Of a DNA stretch of 64,000 bases, positions 51,552 through 64,000 are shown one piece after another (the stretch's first letter is position 1; the number at the start of each line of letters is the position of its first letter). The stretch is from Heptranchias perlo (lineage: Eukaryota), in the NCBI RefSeq assembly GCF_035084215.1, contig NC_090340.1, positions 4,464,001-4,528,000 on the forward strand. The letters are read 5' to 3'. A model generated the notes under the pieces. The model was not told the DNA's origin. It saw only the letters and a program-made list of their open reading frames with translations, and did not search any database. The translations under genes and the position numbers were made by a program.

Positions 51552-51621
51552 CTGTATATGTAATCTCCAAGACCAATATCCAGGGAAGTATAAACATGTT
51601 TAGAAATAGAATTGACTGCAT
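51552..51621 (-). CDS. Gene B leader exon (MQSILFLN-MFILPWILVLEITYT); start at 51621 or 51597
   Basis: Two in-frame ATGs, hydrophobic core, phase-1 donor |gtattt; homologous to the gene A leader. Confidence 0.8.
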
Positions 51622-53139
51622 GCTATGGGTAGTCGCCAATCTCTGATAGTTTGCAAACACTGGCTTACTCAGGACACGATTCGAACGGAGAGATGATGAC
51701 GCATGCGGCTCAAACTGTGCTGTCAGAACGGAAATTTGGTTAAGAGATAAGATCTGTGCACGTAGTTATGAGTTTATGGTGAGCTATAACTTCAACACAA
51801 CAGTTTTTAATACCAAGGCTGTAGCAGCAGCAAATATCTTTAAGGAACTAGAAGGATCCCACCTTTGATGGAATTCATTTTCTCGACAAAAAGTCAACAC
51901 GATTGGCTGATCTCATACAGCGCCATATGTCTTCATGTACATTCAACTAACTTTAAGACAAAATGATAGCGAACCGCCATCAATACAGCGAACGGCAGTC
52001 TCAGACTTGACGCTCAATTACAATACACAAAACAGCGCAATAAATACTGTCAGTTCTGCTTGGCATTGCGTTTAATGAACATAGACCTTTGTGAGTTTGT
52101 GTTTAGCATTTTGCGGTCTGTCTGTTTCCGTCCTGAAGAAATAAATTGAGTGTCATGTCTCGCTGATTTAACAATAAGACGGGCCATATAATTCATAAGA
52201 CATCAATTGATTCATTTCAGCGAGCGGGCCAGAAACAGCAAAGTAAGAACGATACAAATATCCAAAAAGTGCTAAGAAACTTCAGACATTGTGTGAAGGC
52301 GTACCAGTGGAATTTGAATCAATAAGTATACAGGTGAGTAGAATTAATCTGCTGTTTAATTGAAACAATATCTCAGCTTTTGAATATATGTTGAAGGATT
52401 GTGTAGAATAGTTCCAGGCAATAACTACATGCGTGTCTACACCATGTGTTGCAAACACAAAGCGTAGGTTTAGTGTCTGAACTGCCGGTACACGGAAATG
52501 CACGAATAAAGCATTGCCTTTCTTTACCCCGAGGCTTATGATTAAATCCACATTCAACAATTCAATCAAATAAAGCAGAAACCGCAATTCAGTTGAGGCC
52601 CAAAAGGTCACCTACTTCTTGTTCAATGTATGGACGGCCAGACCTGCAAATGTATTTTATTCGGATGCGTGAATAGCAGGCACCACAGTTTAAAACTACG
52701 ACTGTTGCAGATGAATTGTTTCATGTTCTTAACCAAATATCTTTTTTTAACCTGCATCATGGTTGTAATGTCGTGTTGTTATTAAGTGTGAAACAAACTG
52801 GCAATCATACCAAAGATCAACAGTCAAAGAGCTATTACATTTTCCAATACATTGATCGACGTATTATCACATTAATCAATCTGTACTTTATCCAACAATC
52901 TACTTGATCAAGCACGGAATCATCCCCACAAGGCAGTAAATTTGAGAGAAATGAGCCCATTCAAGGTCTCACAACATGTTCATTGAAAGATCATTGTAAT
53001 TAAGATATTCGAACATCTGGACAAAGATTCCTCAGTTTTAAGAATGAACTGGCCCTTTGTGCCTGTGCCAGCTCTTTGAAAGAGCTATCCAATTAATCCC
53101 AATCCCGTACTCTTTCCCATACTCCTGCCAAAATTCCCT

Positions 53140-54348
53140 TTGCAAGTGATTTATTTGGATTTTCAGCAGACCATTTACAAAGTCCCACATAAGAGGTTAG
53201 TGTGCAAAATTAAAGCACATGGGATTGGTGGTAATATATTGGCATGGACTGAAAAATGGTTAACAGACAGGGTACAGAGAGTAGGAATAAATGGGTCTTT
53301 TTCGGGGTGGCAGGCGGTGACTAATGGGGTACCGCAGGGATCAGTGCTTGGGCTCCAGCTATTCACAGTATAAATCAACGATTTGGATGAGGAAACCAAC
53401 TGTAATATTTCCAAGTTTACTAAAGACACAAAATTAGTTGGGGTCGACAGATGTGAGGGGGATGCAAAGAGGCTTCAGGGCGATTTAGACAAATTGATTG
53501 TGTGGCAAATACATGTCAGATGCAGTATAATGTGGATAAATGTGAAGTTATCCAGTTCGGAGGGAAAAGCAGAAAGGCGGAGTATTGCTTAAATGGTGGC
53601 TGATTGGGAAATGTTGACGAACTTCGGGACCTGAGTGTTCTTGTGCACCAGTCACTGTAAGCAAACATGCAGGAGCAGCAAGCAGGTAGGAAGTCAAATG
53701 GTATGTTGGGCTTCATTGCAAGAGGATTTGTGTACAGGAGCAAGAATATCTTGCTGCAGATATGCAGGGCCTTGGTGTGACCACACCTTGAGTATTGTGT
53801 GCAGTTTTGGTCTCCTTACCTAAGAAAGTATATACCTGCCATAGAGGGAGTGCAGTGAAGGTTCACCAGTCTGATTCCTGGGATGGCAGGACTGTCGAAT
53901 GAGGAGAGATTGGGTCGACCTGGCCTGTATTTACCCAAGTTTAGAAGAATGAGAGGGGACCTCATTGCAACATATAAAATTCTGACAGGGCTAGATAGAC
54001 CGGATGCAGGGAGGAGGTTTCCCGTAGCTGGGGGGTCCAGAAGGAGGTGTCACAGTCTCAGGATACGGGGTAGGACATTTAGGACTGAGATGAGGAAACA
54101 TTTCTTCACTCAGAGGGTGGTGAACCTGTGGAATTCTCTACCACTGAAGGTTGTGGAGGCCAAGTCACGGAATATATTTAAGAAGGAGCGAGATAGATTT
54201 CGAGACACAAACGGCATCAAGGGGTATGGGGAGAGAGCAGGAATATGGTATTGAGATAGAGGATCAGCCATGATCATATTGAATGGTGGAGCAGGCTTTA
54301 AAGGCCGAATGGCCTACTCCTGCTCCTATTTTCTATATTTCTATGTTT
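53140..54348 (+). mobile_element. CR1 LINE 3' half nested in an oppositely oriented CR1 (about 53040-53139 and 54349-54750)
   Basis: YLDFQ...VPHKRL, GVPQGSVLG, FFTQRVVNLWNSLP; 3' UTR hairpin and ttctat tail. Confidence 0.85.
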
Positions 54349-55869
54349 ACCCAATTCCGCTTTGATAGTTACTATTGAATCTGCTTCCAGCACCCTTTCA
54401 GACAGTGCATTCCCGATCAAAACAACTCATTGCATAAAATATATCTCATCTCGCCTCCAGTTCTTTTGCCAATTATCCTCGATCTGCTTCCTCTGGTTTC
54501 TCCTTATTTACTCAATGAAAATCCCTCATAATTTTGAAAACATCTATTAAATCTCCCCTTAAGCTTCTCTGCTCTGAGGAGAACAATTCAACCTTCTCTC
54601 GTCTCTGCACATAACTGAAGTCCTTCACCCTGGTATTATTCTGGTAAATCTCCTTTGCCCCATTTCCAAAGCCATGACGGCATTCCCAAAGTGTGGTCCC
54701 CAAAATTTGGCACAATAGCTAATGCCTAACCAATGATTTATAAAGGTTCAGATTAGGTTCAGAACCACGAGGAATTTAAACATATTTATTAATCAAGAAA
54801 CTAAGAATTCCTGATTAAATGAGAAATTAGCTTCTTAGAATAGAGTAATGTCACAGATCTGTATGCATCCTGGCCGAGGCTAATAAATCGCGACAAGATA
54901 CATGATAACTACGTAGTGATTGCAAACCAGGTGCATCACATTTCTGGTAATGTGAATTTAACAATAGTTGGGCAATAGTAAAAGTTGCTGGGAAATTGTT
55001 ATGAGGGTTTAGTGGGGTAATTGGCACTGACGTCAAAATCGTAATAATCCAGTCAGCTTGAACTTAAAAGTAATGATGAATAGGATTTTGCCAATTTACT
55101 TATTATATGGATGGCAAAGCAACTGCCATGCCTTGAAAAAAAAAACAATTCTGTTTATATTTCGCTGCTCCGTGGCTGATTTGATACTTCGGATTAAGCA
55201 ACTTCATCACAGATTCGAAATTAGATCTTAGGGCGCATTTAAAGGCAGTGTTGGTGTCCTGTCGAACAGTTTGGCCTTAGTTTCTATCCGAAGCCTGCGT
55301 TTTCTAAACTGCGGTTTAAGGCCTGAACCGTTCGGGCGCCAAGTAGGGTGACACACTCATTATCACCATACTTTGCTATAAGGTCAGGTTTGGTCGTGAA
55401 TCCAAAGTAAGCACTTTGGACCGATTTCCCAGTGTGGCCTGTGTCCAGGGCCTATAGCCAATCAGCCAGTTACACAGCAGCAGTCAGGCTGCCTCAGGAT
55501 GTAAGAAGTTCAGAGCTCCGTTGCCCCGACTTCCGCCATGGACTCTCCAATCTGAAAGTGTCTAGAGAAAAGTCTCAATCCCTGTCTCTTCGTGATAACC
55601 TTGCAAATGGTTGCTCAACAGCCGAAGCCACAGGAAGATGAGTTGAGGGCAGGTACATCATATTCTGACGCATTGAAATCCGTGTATTACAGGTACACGT
55701 CATGTTTTCCCCATCGGGTAAGCCGCAGAAATCCCTGGCTCCGTAGAGGAGGTAATTCCACGGGTATAAGCCATTATTCGTGACTTTGCAGTGTGGGAAT
55801 GGGCGTTCGCTGGGGGCTGATCGCAGAATTATTGGCCCAACACTAAATTTTGCTTTCTGGTACGATTGT

Positions 55870-57940
55870 TTTGCTTTTATTCTCGGGATGCAGCTGATAT
55901 TTGCAAGTTAAATGTTCTCCTGATTTGTAATTTTCCTGAGAATGTGCTTATGGACCTTCCTCTTCAACCACTTCAGTCCTTGTGGTAATAATGCTGCCAT
56001 GATCATTTAGGTAGGTGGTTGCGTGTTTTGGGGTTTTTCAGCTTTAAGATGGTGGATGTGCTGCCAATCAAGTGGACGGTTTGTCCTTGATGGTGTCGAT
56101 TTTCTTGAATTTCGTTGCAGCTTCTTACATCTAGGCAAGAGAAGGTTATTCTATCACACTGCTGGCTCGTGCCTTGCAGGTGGTGGAGAGACGTTGGGGA
56201 ATAAAAAGGTGATCCACTTCCTGCAGAATAACTAGCGTTTGACCTGCTCTGGTAGCAACCACATTTATGTGGTTGTACCAGTTGAGATTCTAGTCAATGG
56301 TGATCCCCAGGATGTTGATAGTGGGGTATTCGATGATGGTAATGCCATTGGTTGTCAAAGGGAGGTGATTAGTTTCTATCTCGTTCAAGGTGGTCGTTGC
56401 CTGGCACTTGACTGGTGCAATGTTCCTTGCCACATAGCAGCTCATCATTGATGCCAGCTGGTATGGACTCTTTCAATATCAGAACCATTCTTAATGGAAC
56501 TGAACACTGTGCAATCATCAGCGAACATTCCCACTTCTGATTTTCTGATAGAACGGAAGGTCATTGAGGAAGCAGTTGCAGACCGTTGGGCTAGTACACT
56601 GTCCTGAACAGCAAATGCAGCGATGTTCTGGTGCTGAAGTGTTTGACCTCGAACAACCAAAAATCATTTTCCTTTCTGCCAGGTATGATTCCTGCCACTG
56701 GAGAATTTTCCCTCTGATCCACATTGGCTTCGGTTTCACTAGGGCTCTTTGGTGCCGGACTCGGTCGAATGTTGCATTAATGTCAAGTGTAATCACCCTC
56801 AACTCACCTCTGGAATTCAGCTCTTTTGTCCATGTTTGCACCAAGGCTGCAATGAGGCCTGAAGCTGATTGCTCCTGACCGAACACAAACTGAGCATCGG
56901 TGAGCAGGTTATTGATGAGCAAGTGCCGCTTGTTCGCACTACGGTCGACTCCTTACATCACGTTGCTAATGATTGAATGCAGGCTGATTTGACGGTAACA
57001 GGGTGGGTTACATTACCTTGTTTTTTTATGGACAGGACATATCTGGGCAATTTTCCACATTGTGTGACAGATGTCGGTGTTGTAGCTGTACTGGAACAGC
57101 TTGACTAGAGGTGCGGCTAGAAATGGGTCACAGGCCTTCAGCCGGAATGTTTTTGGGAACGGTTACCTTTGCTCTATCCTGTGCGCTCAGCCGTTTCTTG
57201 AAATCACGTGGAGTTAATTGAAAAGGCTGAATACTGGCTCTGTGAAGATGGGGACCTCATGAGGAGGACGTGGAGGATCATCCAATCAACACTTCTGGCT
57301 GAAGACGGCTGTGATCGCTTCAGCCTTGCCTTTTGCACTCAGGTGCTGGGGTCAACCATCATTGAGGTTGAGGACGTACATGGATCCTCCTCCTCTCGTT
57401 TGTTTGATTAAATGTCCACCACCATTCGCGACTGCATATGGCAGGACTTCAGAGATTGGATCTGATCCGTTGGTTGTGGGATTGCTTAGCTCTGTCAATA
57501 GCATTCAGCTTCCACGATGTTAGCATGTGTGTTGTAGCCAGTTTGGCACCTCGTTTTCAGGCACCTCTGGTGCTGCACCTGGCATGCTCTTCTACGCTAC
57601 TCCTTAAACCAGAATTGATAATCTGACATTGATGGTAATGGGGGAGTGAGGGATATGCCGGGCCATGAGGTTCCAGATTTTGGTGGAATAAAACTCTGCT
57701 GCTGACGCACCACAGGGCTGCATGAATGCCCAATTTTTAGCAGCTAGATGTGTCTTAATCTATCCCACTTACCGTGGTGGTAGTGCCACACATCACGGTG
57801 GAGAGTGTCCTTAGTGTGAAAAAGGGACTTGGTCTCCATAACGTCTGTGTGTGATCAGTCCAAACAACACTGCCACGGAGAGATGCATTTGGGACAGGTA
57901 GAGTGGTGAGGATGACGCTACGTAGATTATTCCCTAGTGT
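55870..57940 (-). mobile_element. LINE family B, degenerate
   Basis: LTDAQF...QTWTKELNSRGE; MFADDCTVF. Confidence 0.8.
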
Positions 57941-59519
57941 TGCAAAACGTCTCTGGATTATTGATTTAGGCCTCTTGATTACTAGTCCAGTAACATAACC
58001 ACAACAGTAACGTACCCGAGTTTTCCCATGCTATAATCAACAGCTTCTTCCCAAATACCAAAGTTCTTGTCAACAAACTGCAAAGGCACCATCTACTGCA
58101 GGAAACTATTTGCAAGTAAATATTTAAAACAACATTATAGTTTTACCATGCCCTTCACCTTACAGAATGGACTACTAACTTATAGAAAGAACACCAACTT
58201 TTCTCACCTCTGTGTCTGCACTACTGTGTGTATGAACTGGTCTTGTACCTACACTAATTTTACTACAAGATCCCACTTATGGTTGTAAGAATGTAGGCTG
58301 TAATAGCTCTGACAGCTTCACTAGAGGCTCCTGGTTGTCGACCTTTGGGATCTCGGACCTGAGAGAGCCCAGATGGAGACTGTCTGATCTAATTTGCTTT
58401 TTGACACTAGGTTTCAGGGGGTTGCGAGCGTACAGAAGTGTGGCCACCATGAGATAATGTTCCATTCCCATCGAAGGACTAATGCTGATACTGCGCTGTA
58501 GCTCAGCGCACCTACTAAACAGTCAGAGCGCAGACTGTAGAAGTTCGGTGATTTGACTGAATCCTCTATCTATTTGCCCTCCCAGCTGCCCAATGCATCG
58601 CGATGGTTGAGCCCAGAGCTTGCATAGCACCAGACTGAACAGCCCTGAGAAATGCAGTTGCGAGTGTCACAGACTCCTGCAGCGTAGGACTCAACTGTAT
58701 TGGCCATGGTGGTGATCACACAACTCGATGTTGGACAGCAGAGCATCGATGCCATGCTTGCAAACTCCATACAAGTTGACAGTGAAATCCATCAGAATGT
58801 CTAGATCTTTTTTCATTAGTCCAATGTGAAAGAATAGATATAATAGTTAGAACAGCCAGCACCATATTGAGCTGGAAAACCGTAGTGTTAGAATTGATTA
58901 ATTGAGCTATAACAGTCCATGCAATGCAAAGGTACATTCAGTCTGACACTGAAGTGTGGGAAGATACAGGGAAGAATAATTTTACTATGGCTTGATGCCA
59001 GAACATCTGGTTTTAGGTTGGGAGTATGTGAGAATAATAGACTTTCTCTGTAATAGATATCTACAAGAGATAAGGAAGTGAAGGGATTATGGTAAAATGC
59101 AGTCAGAAATGGGAGAGGTTTACGAGAGAACAATAAACAGGTGGTCATTTAAGTCACGCGTGTGCATATGTACTTTTGAGATAATCACGGTAATAACGTG
59201 AAGTTATCACTAAAATGCATGCACGCATTAACGGCACGTAACGAAAACGCACTTACGTATTATCCTAACACCTGAATTACATAGTTAACCCGATAGTGGT
59301 ACAGCCCACCAGTACAGTTGAGGGACTTTTTCCAGTCTCGTGTTGGGCTAGCGTGAACTGCTAAGCAGTCTTCGCTTGCGACGCACCTCATGATTTTTCT
59401 GCTCATAAGGATTGTAATGACGATCTCATGAGCATTGCATGTACAATGTTATATTAGTTTCATTCAGCAATCGAGATTGTTAATCAGACGTCCACCTATC
59501 TCAAAAAAGGGTAGGATCG

Positions 59520-61700
59520 GGTACTAAATATTCCCGTGTTCAGGAAAAATAGGGAATATTAAAAAAGGAGGGGGTGACATTATTGATTAAGGAGAATATT
59601 GCAGAGCCGGAGAAAGAGGATGTCCTTCAGGGGTCAAAGACAGACCTATTTGGTTAGAGTTAGAGATAAGAAACAATAGACGTGCCATTTCACTACTGAG
59701 TATAATCTATAGAATAACAATTATTGGGAAGGATATAGATGAGCAAATTTACAGGGAAATTACAGTGAGGCGCAAGAACTATAGAGTGGTGTTAATGCAG
59801 GACCTCTAATACCCTACTATGGACTGAGATAGTAACGTGCTAAGGACAATGCGGGGAAGGAAGTGTGTTCAGGAGAATGTTCTTGGCCAATATGTGTCCG
59901 GCTCCATGTGGAAGGAGGGATTGGCCAAGGAGGAATGAGGTGGGTCAAGTGGAGCAAGTGTCAGTGGGAGATCATTTAGGGAATAATGATCATAGTATCA
60001 TAACGTTTATGATTATTTACGGAAAAGGACAAGGAGCAATCTAGAATAAAAATTCTTAACTGGAAGAAGGCCAATTTCAGGATCTTGACCTGGTAAATTG
60101 GAATCAATGATTGGCAGGCAAAACTGCAATCTAACAATGGGTGGCCGTTAAAGAGATGATTTGTGTACAATCTACGTACATTCCCCCCGAGGGAGAAAGG
60201 TAGGGAAAACAAAGACAGAGCTCCCTGCATGACGAAAGAGATAGGGAATAAGATGAAGCAGAAAACGGCAGATGTCAGGTTGATGATACAATTGAGAACC
60301 AGGCTGAATATAGAAAGTAAAGAGGATAGGTGAAAATGGAAAAAAGAGGTGCAACGGAAGATTTTTATAATAGATTGGCAGCTAACATAAAAGGGAAACC
60401 ACACGTCTTCCAAAGGCATATAAATAGTAAACAGGTAGTAAGAGGAGGGTTGGGGCCGATAAGGGACGAAAATGGAGATCTACACATGGAGGCAGAGGGC
60501 ATGGCTGAGTTACTAAGTGAATACTTTGCATCAGCCTTTACCAAGGAAGAAGATGCTGCCAAAGTCACAGCAAAAGGGGAGGTAGTTGAGACACTGGATG
60601 GGCTAAAATTGAGAAAGAGGAGGCACTAGAAAGGCTGGCAATGCTTAAAGCTACCCTGTCCGGATGGGATGCATCCTCGGTTGCTGCTGGAAGCAAGACT
60701 GGCAATTGCAGAGGTGCTGGCCATAACCGTCCAATCTTCCTTAGATAAGGGGGTGGTGCCAGAAGTCTGGAGAATTACAAATGTTACACCCTTGTTCAAT
60801 AAAACGGAATGAGGTGGATCAAATGGAACACGTGTGAGTGGGCGAAAATTCAGGGAACAGTGATCATAGTGCGTTTGGATTCGTTATGGAAAAGGACAAG
60901 GAGTAATTTAGACTAAAAATACTTAATTGGGGGAGACCCAATTTCAGTGGGTTGAGAACGGATCTGGACCGGGTACATTGGAATCAATGATTTGCAGGTA
61001 AAGCAGTAATCGAACAATGGGTGACCTTTAAAGAGGAGATGGTTCAGGTACCTTCGAAGTACATTCCCACAAAGGATAAACGTAGGGCAACAAAAGCCAG
61101 AATTCCCAGGATGACTTAAGATCTAGAGAGTAAGACGAAACAGAAAAGGGGAGCTTATGACAAATGCCGGGTTGAGAATACAAGTGAGAATCAGCCTGAA
61201 AATAGAAAGTAAAGAGAAGTGAAAAAGGAAATAAGATGTGCAAAGGGAGACTATGAGAATAGATTGACGGCTAACATAAAAGGGAATCCAAAAGGCTTCT
61301 ATAGGCATACAAATAATAAACGGGTAGTAAGAGGCTGGAGAATTGCAAATGTTACAAAGGGTGCAGGGATAAATCCTGTATCTACAGGCCAGTCAGATTA
61401 ACCTCGATGTTGCGGAAGCATTTAGAATTGATAATCCAGGACAAAATTATTAATCCCTTGGACAAGTTTGGATTAATAAAGGAAAGCCAGCACGGATTTG
61501 CTAAAGGCAATTCGCGTTTAACTAACTTGATTGAGTTTCTTCATGAGGTAACAGATGTGGCTGATGAGCATTATCAGTCTCATTGAAAAAAGTAAGATTC
61601 TGAGGGGGCTTGACCGTAGATGCTAAGAGGTCGTTTCCACTGGCTGATGAGTCTAGAACTAGGTGGCATAGTCTCAGCACAAAGGACTGGCCATTTTAGA
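59520..61700 (+). mobile_element. Jumbled CR1 ORF2 fragments
   Basis: RLAANIKGKP...MAELLSEYFASAFTKE; the post-endonuclease segment occurs twice (about 59930-60450 and 60805-61335). Confidence 0.75.
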
Positions 61701-61734
61701 CTGACAAATGGACACATTTATTCAATCAGATTTA

Positions 61735-64000
61735 TTTTTCGTTCATAGGATTTGGGCGTCGCTGGCGAGGCCGCATTTATTGCCCATCCCTAATTGCCCT
61801 TGAGAAGGTGGTGATGAGCCGCCTTCTTGAACCGCTGCAGTCCGTGTGGTGACGGTTCTCCCACAGTGCTGTTCGGAAGGGAGGTCTAGGATTTTGACCC
61901 AGTGACGATGAAGGAACGGCGATATATTTCCAAGTCGGGATGGTGTGTGACTTGGAGGGGAACGTGCAGGTGGTTTTGTTCCCATGTGCCTGCTGCTCTT
62001 GTCCTTCCAGGTGGTAGAGGTCGCGGGTTTGGGAGGTGCAGTCGAAGAAGCCTTGGCGAGTTGCTGCAGTGCATCCTGTGGAAGGTACACACTGCAGCCA
62101 CTGTGTGCAGGTGATGAAGGGAGTGAATGTTTAGGGTGGTGGATGGGGTACCAATCAAGCGGGCTGCTTTATCATGGATGGTGTCGAGCTTCTTGAGTGT
62201 TGTTGGGGCTGCAATAATCCAAGCAAGTGGAGAGTATTCCATCATACTCCTGACTTGTGCATTGTAGGTGGTGGAAAGTCTTTGGGGAGTCAGGAGGTGA
62301 GTCACTCGCCGCAGAATTCCCAACCTTTGACCTGCTCGCGTAGCCACAGTATTTAAATGGCTGGTCCTGTTAAGTTTCTGGTCAATGGTGACCACCAGGA
62401 TGTTGATGGTGGGCGATTCGGCGATGGTAATGCCGTTGAATGTCAAGGGGAGGTGGTTAGATTCTCACTTGTTTGAGATGGTCATTGCCTGGCACTTATC
62501 TGGCGCGAATGTTACTTGCCACTTATCAGCCCAAGCCTGGATGTTGTCCAGATCTTGTTGCATGCGGGCTCGGACTGCTTCATTATTTGAGGGATAACGA
62601 ATGGAACTGAACACTGTGCAATCATCAGCGAACATCCCCATTTCTGACCTTATGATGGAGGGAATGTCATTGATGAAGCAGCTGAAGATCGTTGGGCCTA
62701 GGACACTGCCCTGAGGAACTCCTGCAGCAATGATCTGGGTCTGAGAAGATTGGCCTCCAACAACCACTACAGTGTTCCTTTGTGCTAGGTATGACTGCAG
62801 CCAGTGGAGAGTCTTCCCCCTGATTTCCATTGACTTCAATTTTACGAGGGCTCCTTGGTGCCACACTCAGTCAAATGCTGCCTTGATGTCAAGGGCAGTC
62901 ACTCTCACCTCACCTCTGGAATTCATCTCTTTTGTGCATGTTTGGATCAAGGCCGTAATGAGGTCAGGAGCCGAGTGGTCCTTGCAGAACCCAAACTGAG
63001 CATCGGTGAGCAGGTTATTGGTGAGTAAGTGCCGCTTGATAGCACTGTCAACGACACCTTCCAACACTTTGCTGATGACTGAGAGTGGACTGATGGGGCG
63101 GTAATTGGCCGGATTGAATTTGTCCTGCTTTGGGTTGATCCCCTCGCTTGTTGGTAATGGTAGAGTGAGGAATATGCCGGGCCATGAGGTTACTGATTGT
63201 GCTGGAATACAATTCTGCTGCTGCTGATGGCCCACAGCGCCTCATGGATGCCGAGTTTTCAGCTGCTAGATCTGTTCTTAATCCCATTTAGCACGGTGGT
63301 AGTGCCACACAACACGTTGGATGGTGTCCTCAGTGCAAAGACGTGACTTCATCTCCACGAGGATTGTGCAGTGGTCACTCCCACCAATACTGTCATGGAC
63401 AGATGCATTTGCGACAGGTAGATTGGTGAGGTCGAGGTCAAGTAAGTTTTTCCCTCGTGTTGGTTCGCTCACCACCTGCCGCAAGCCCAGTCTGGCAGAT
63501 ATATCCTTCAGGACTCGGGCAGCTCGTTCAGTAGTGGTGCTACCGAGCCACTCTTGGTGATGGACATTGAAGTCCCCCACTCAGAGTTCATGTTGTGCCC
63601 TTGCTACCCTCAGTGGATCCTCCACGTGTTGCTCAACATGGAGGAGGACTGATTCATCAGCTGAGGGAGGACGGTAGGTCGTAATCAGCACGAGGTTTCC
63701 TTGCCCATGTTTGACCTGATGCCATGAGATTTCATGGGGTCCAGAGTCAATGTTGAGGACTCCCAGGGCCACTCCCTCCTGACTGTATATCACTGTACCA
63801 CCACCGCTGGTGGGTCTGTCCTGCCGGTGTGACAGGACATACCAAGGGATGGTGATGGACGAGTTTGTGACGTTGGCTGAAAGGTATGATTCTGAATATG
63901 GCTATGTCAGGCTGTTGCGTGACTAGTCTGTGGGACAGCTCTCCCAATTTTAGCACAAGTCCCCAGATGTTAGTGAGGAGAACTTTGCAGGGTCGACTGG
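61735..64000 (-). mobile_element. LINE family B, endonuclease plus RT (internally deleted); runs off the window end
   Basis: GDFNVHHQEWLGS...PTRGKNLLDL...SDH (APE); DIKAAFD; GVPQGSVLGP; MFADDC. Confidence 0.9.

Noticed and set aside
58277-58937. Short ORFs in a GC-richer segment
   Set aside because: No motif or exon structure I can support.
1-64000. Prokaryotic features (CRISPR, operons, rRNA, tRNA genes)
   Set aside because: The DNA is eukaryotic, intron-containing and repeat-rich; tRNA-like boxes (for example 47441-47510) are SINE heads.

Overview
AT-rich vertebrate genomic DNA. The repeat landscape (CR1/L2-group LINEs, Deu-domain SINEs, Penelope-like hairpins) points to a cartilaginous fish, probably a shark; this is inference. 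Most short ORFs in the track are fragments of decayed retroelements. Two things stand out. (1) At 27.8-51.6 kb on the minus strand are two tandem spliced immunoglobulin-superfamily receptor genes, which I assembled exon by exon from GT-AG sites and exon phases. Each has a leader exon, a compact germline-joined V(J) domain, an antigen-receptor-type C1 domain and a TM exon. Gene B (51.6-44.2 kb, 7 exons, 369-377 aa) has a neutral TM and a long tail with ITIM and ITIM-like motifs built from a duplicated tyrosine cassette. Gene A (36.9-27.8 kb, 5 exons, about 274 aa) has an Arg in the TM and a predicted short tail with no ITIM. Together they look like an inhibitory/activating paired-receptor system of non-rearranging VJ-C1 molecules. 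Gene A also has a 352-bp inverted repeat and an intronic AATAAA just after its C1 exon, which could give a secreted isoform. (2) At 4.7-23 kb are two decayed endogenous retrovirus-like elements with lokiretrovirus-like features. ERV1 (minus, 4739-11706, nested in a CR1) has LTRs, a coiled-coil gag, protease, a pol deletion and a long fusion-protein-like env. ERV2 (plus, about 17.2-22.9 kb) has gag, dual RNase H and integrase. A young Penelope-like hairpin with a minimal hammerhead ribozyme core and a 15-bp target-site duplication lies at 25.85-26.06 kb.
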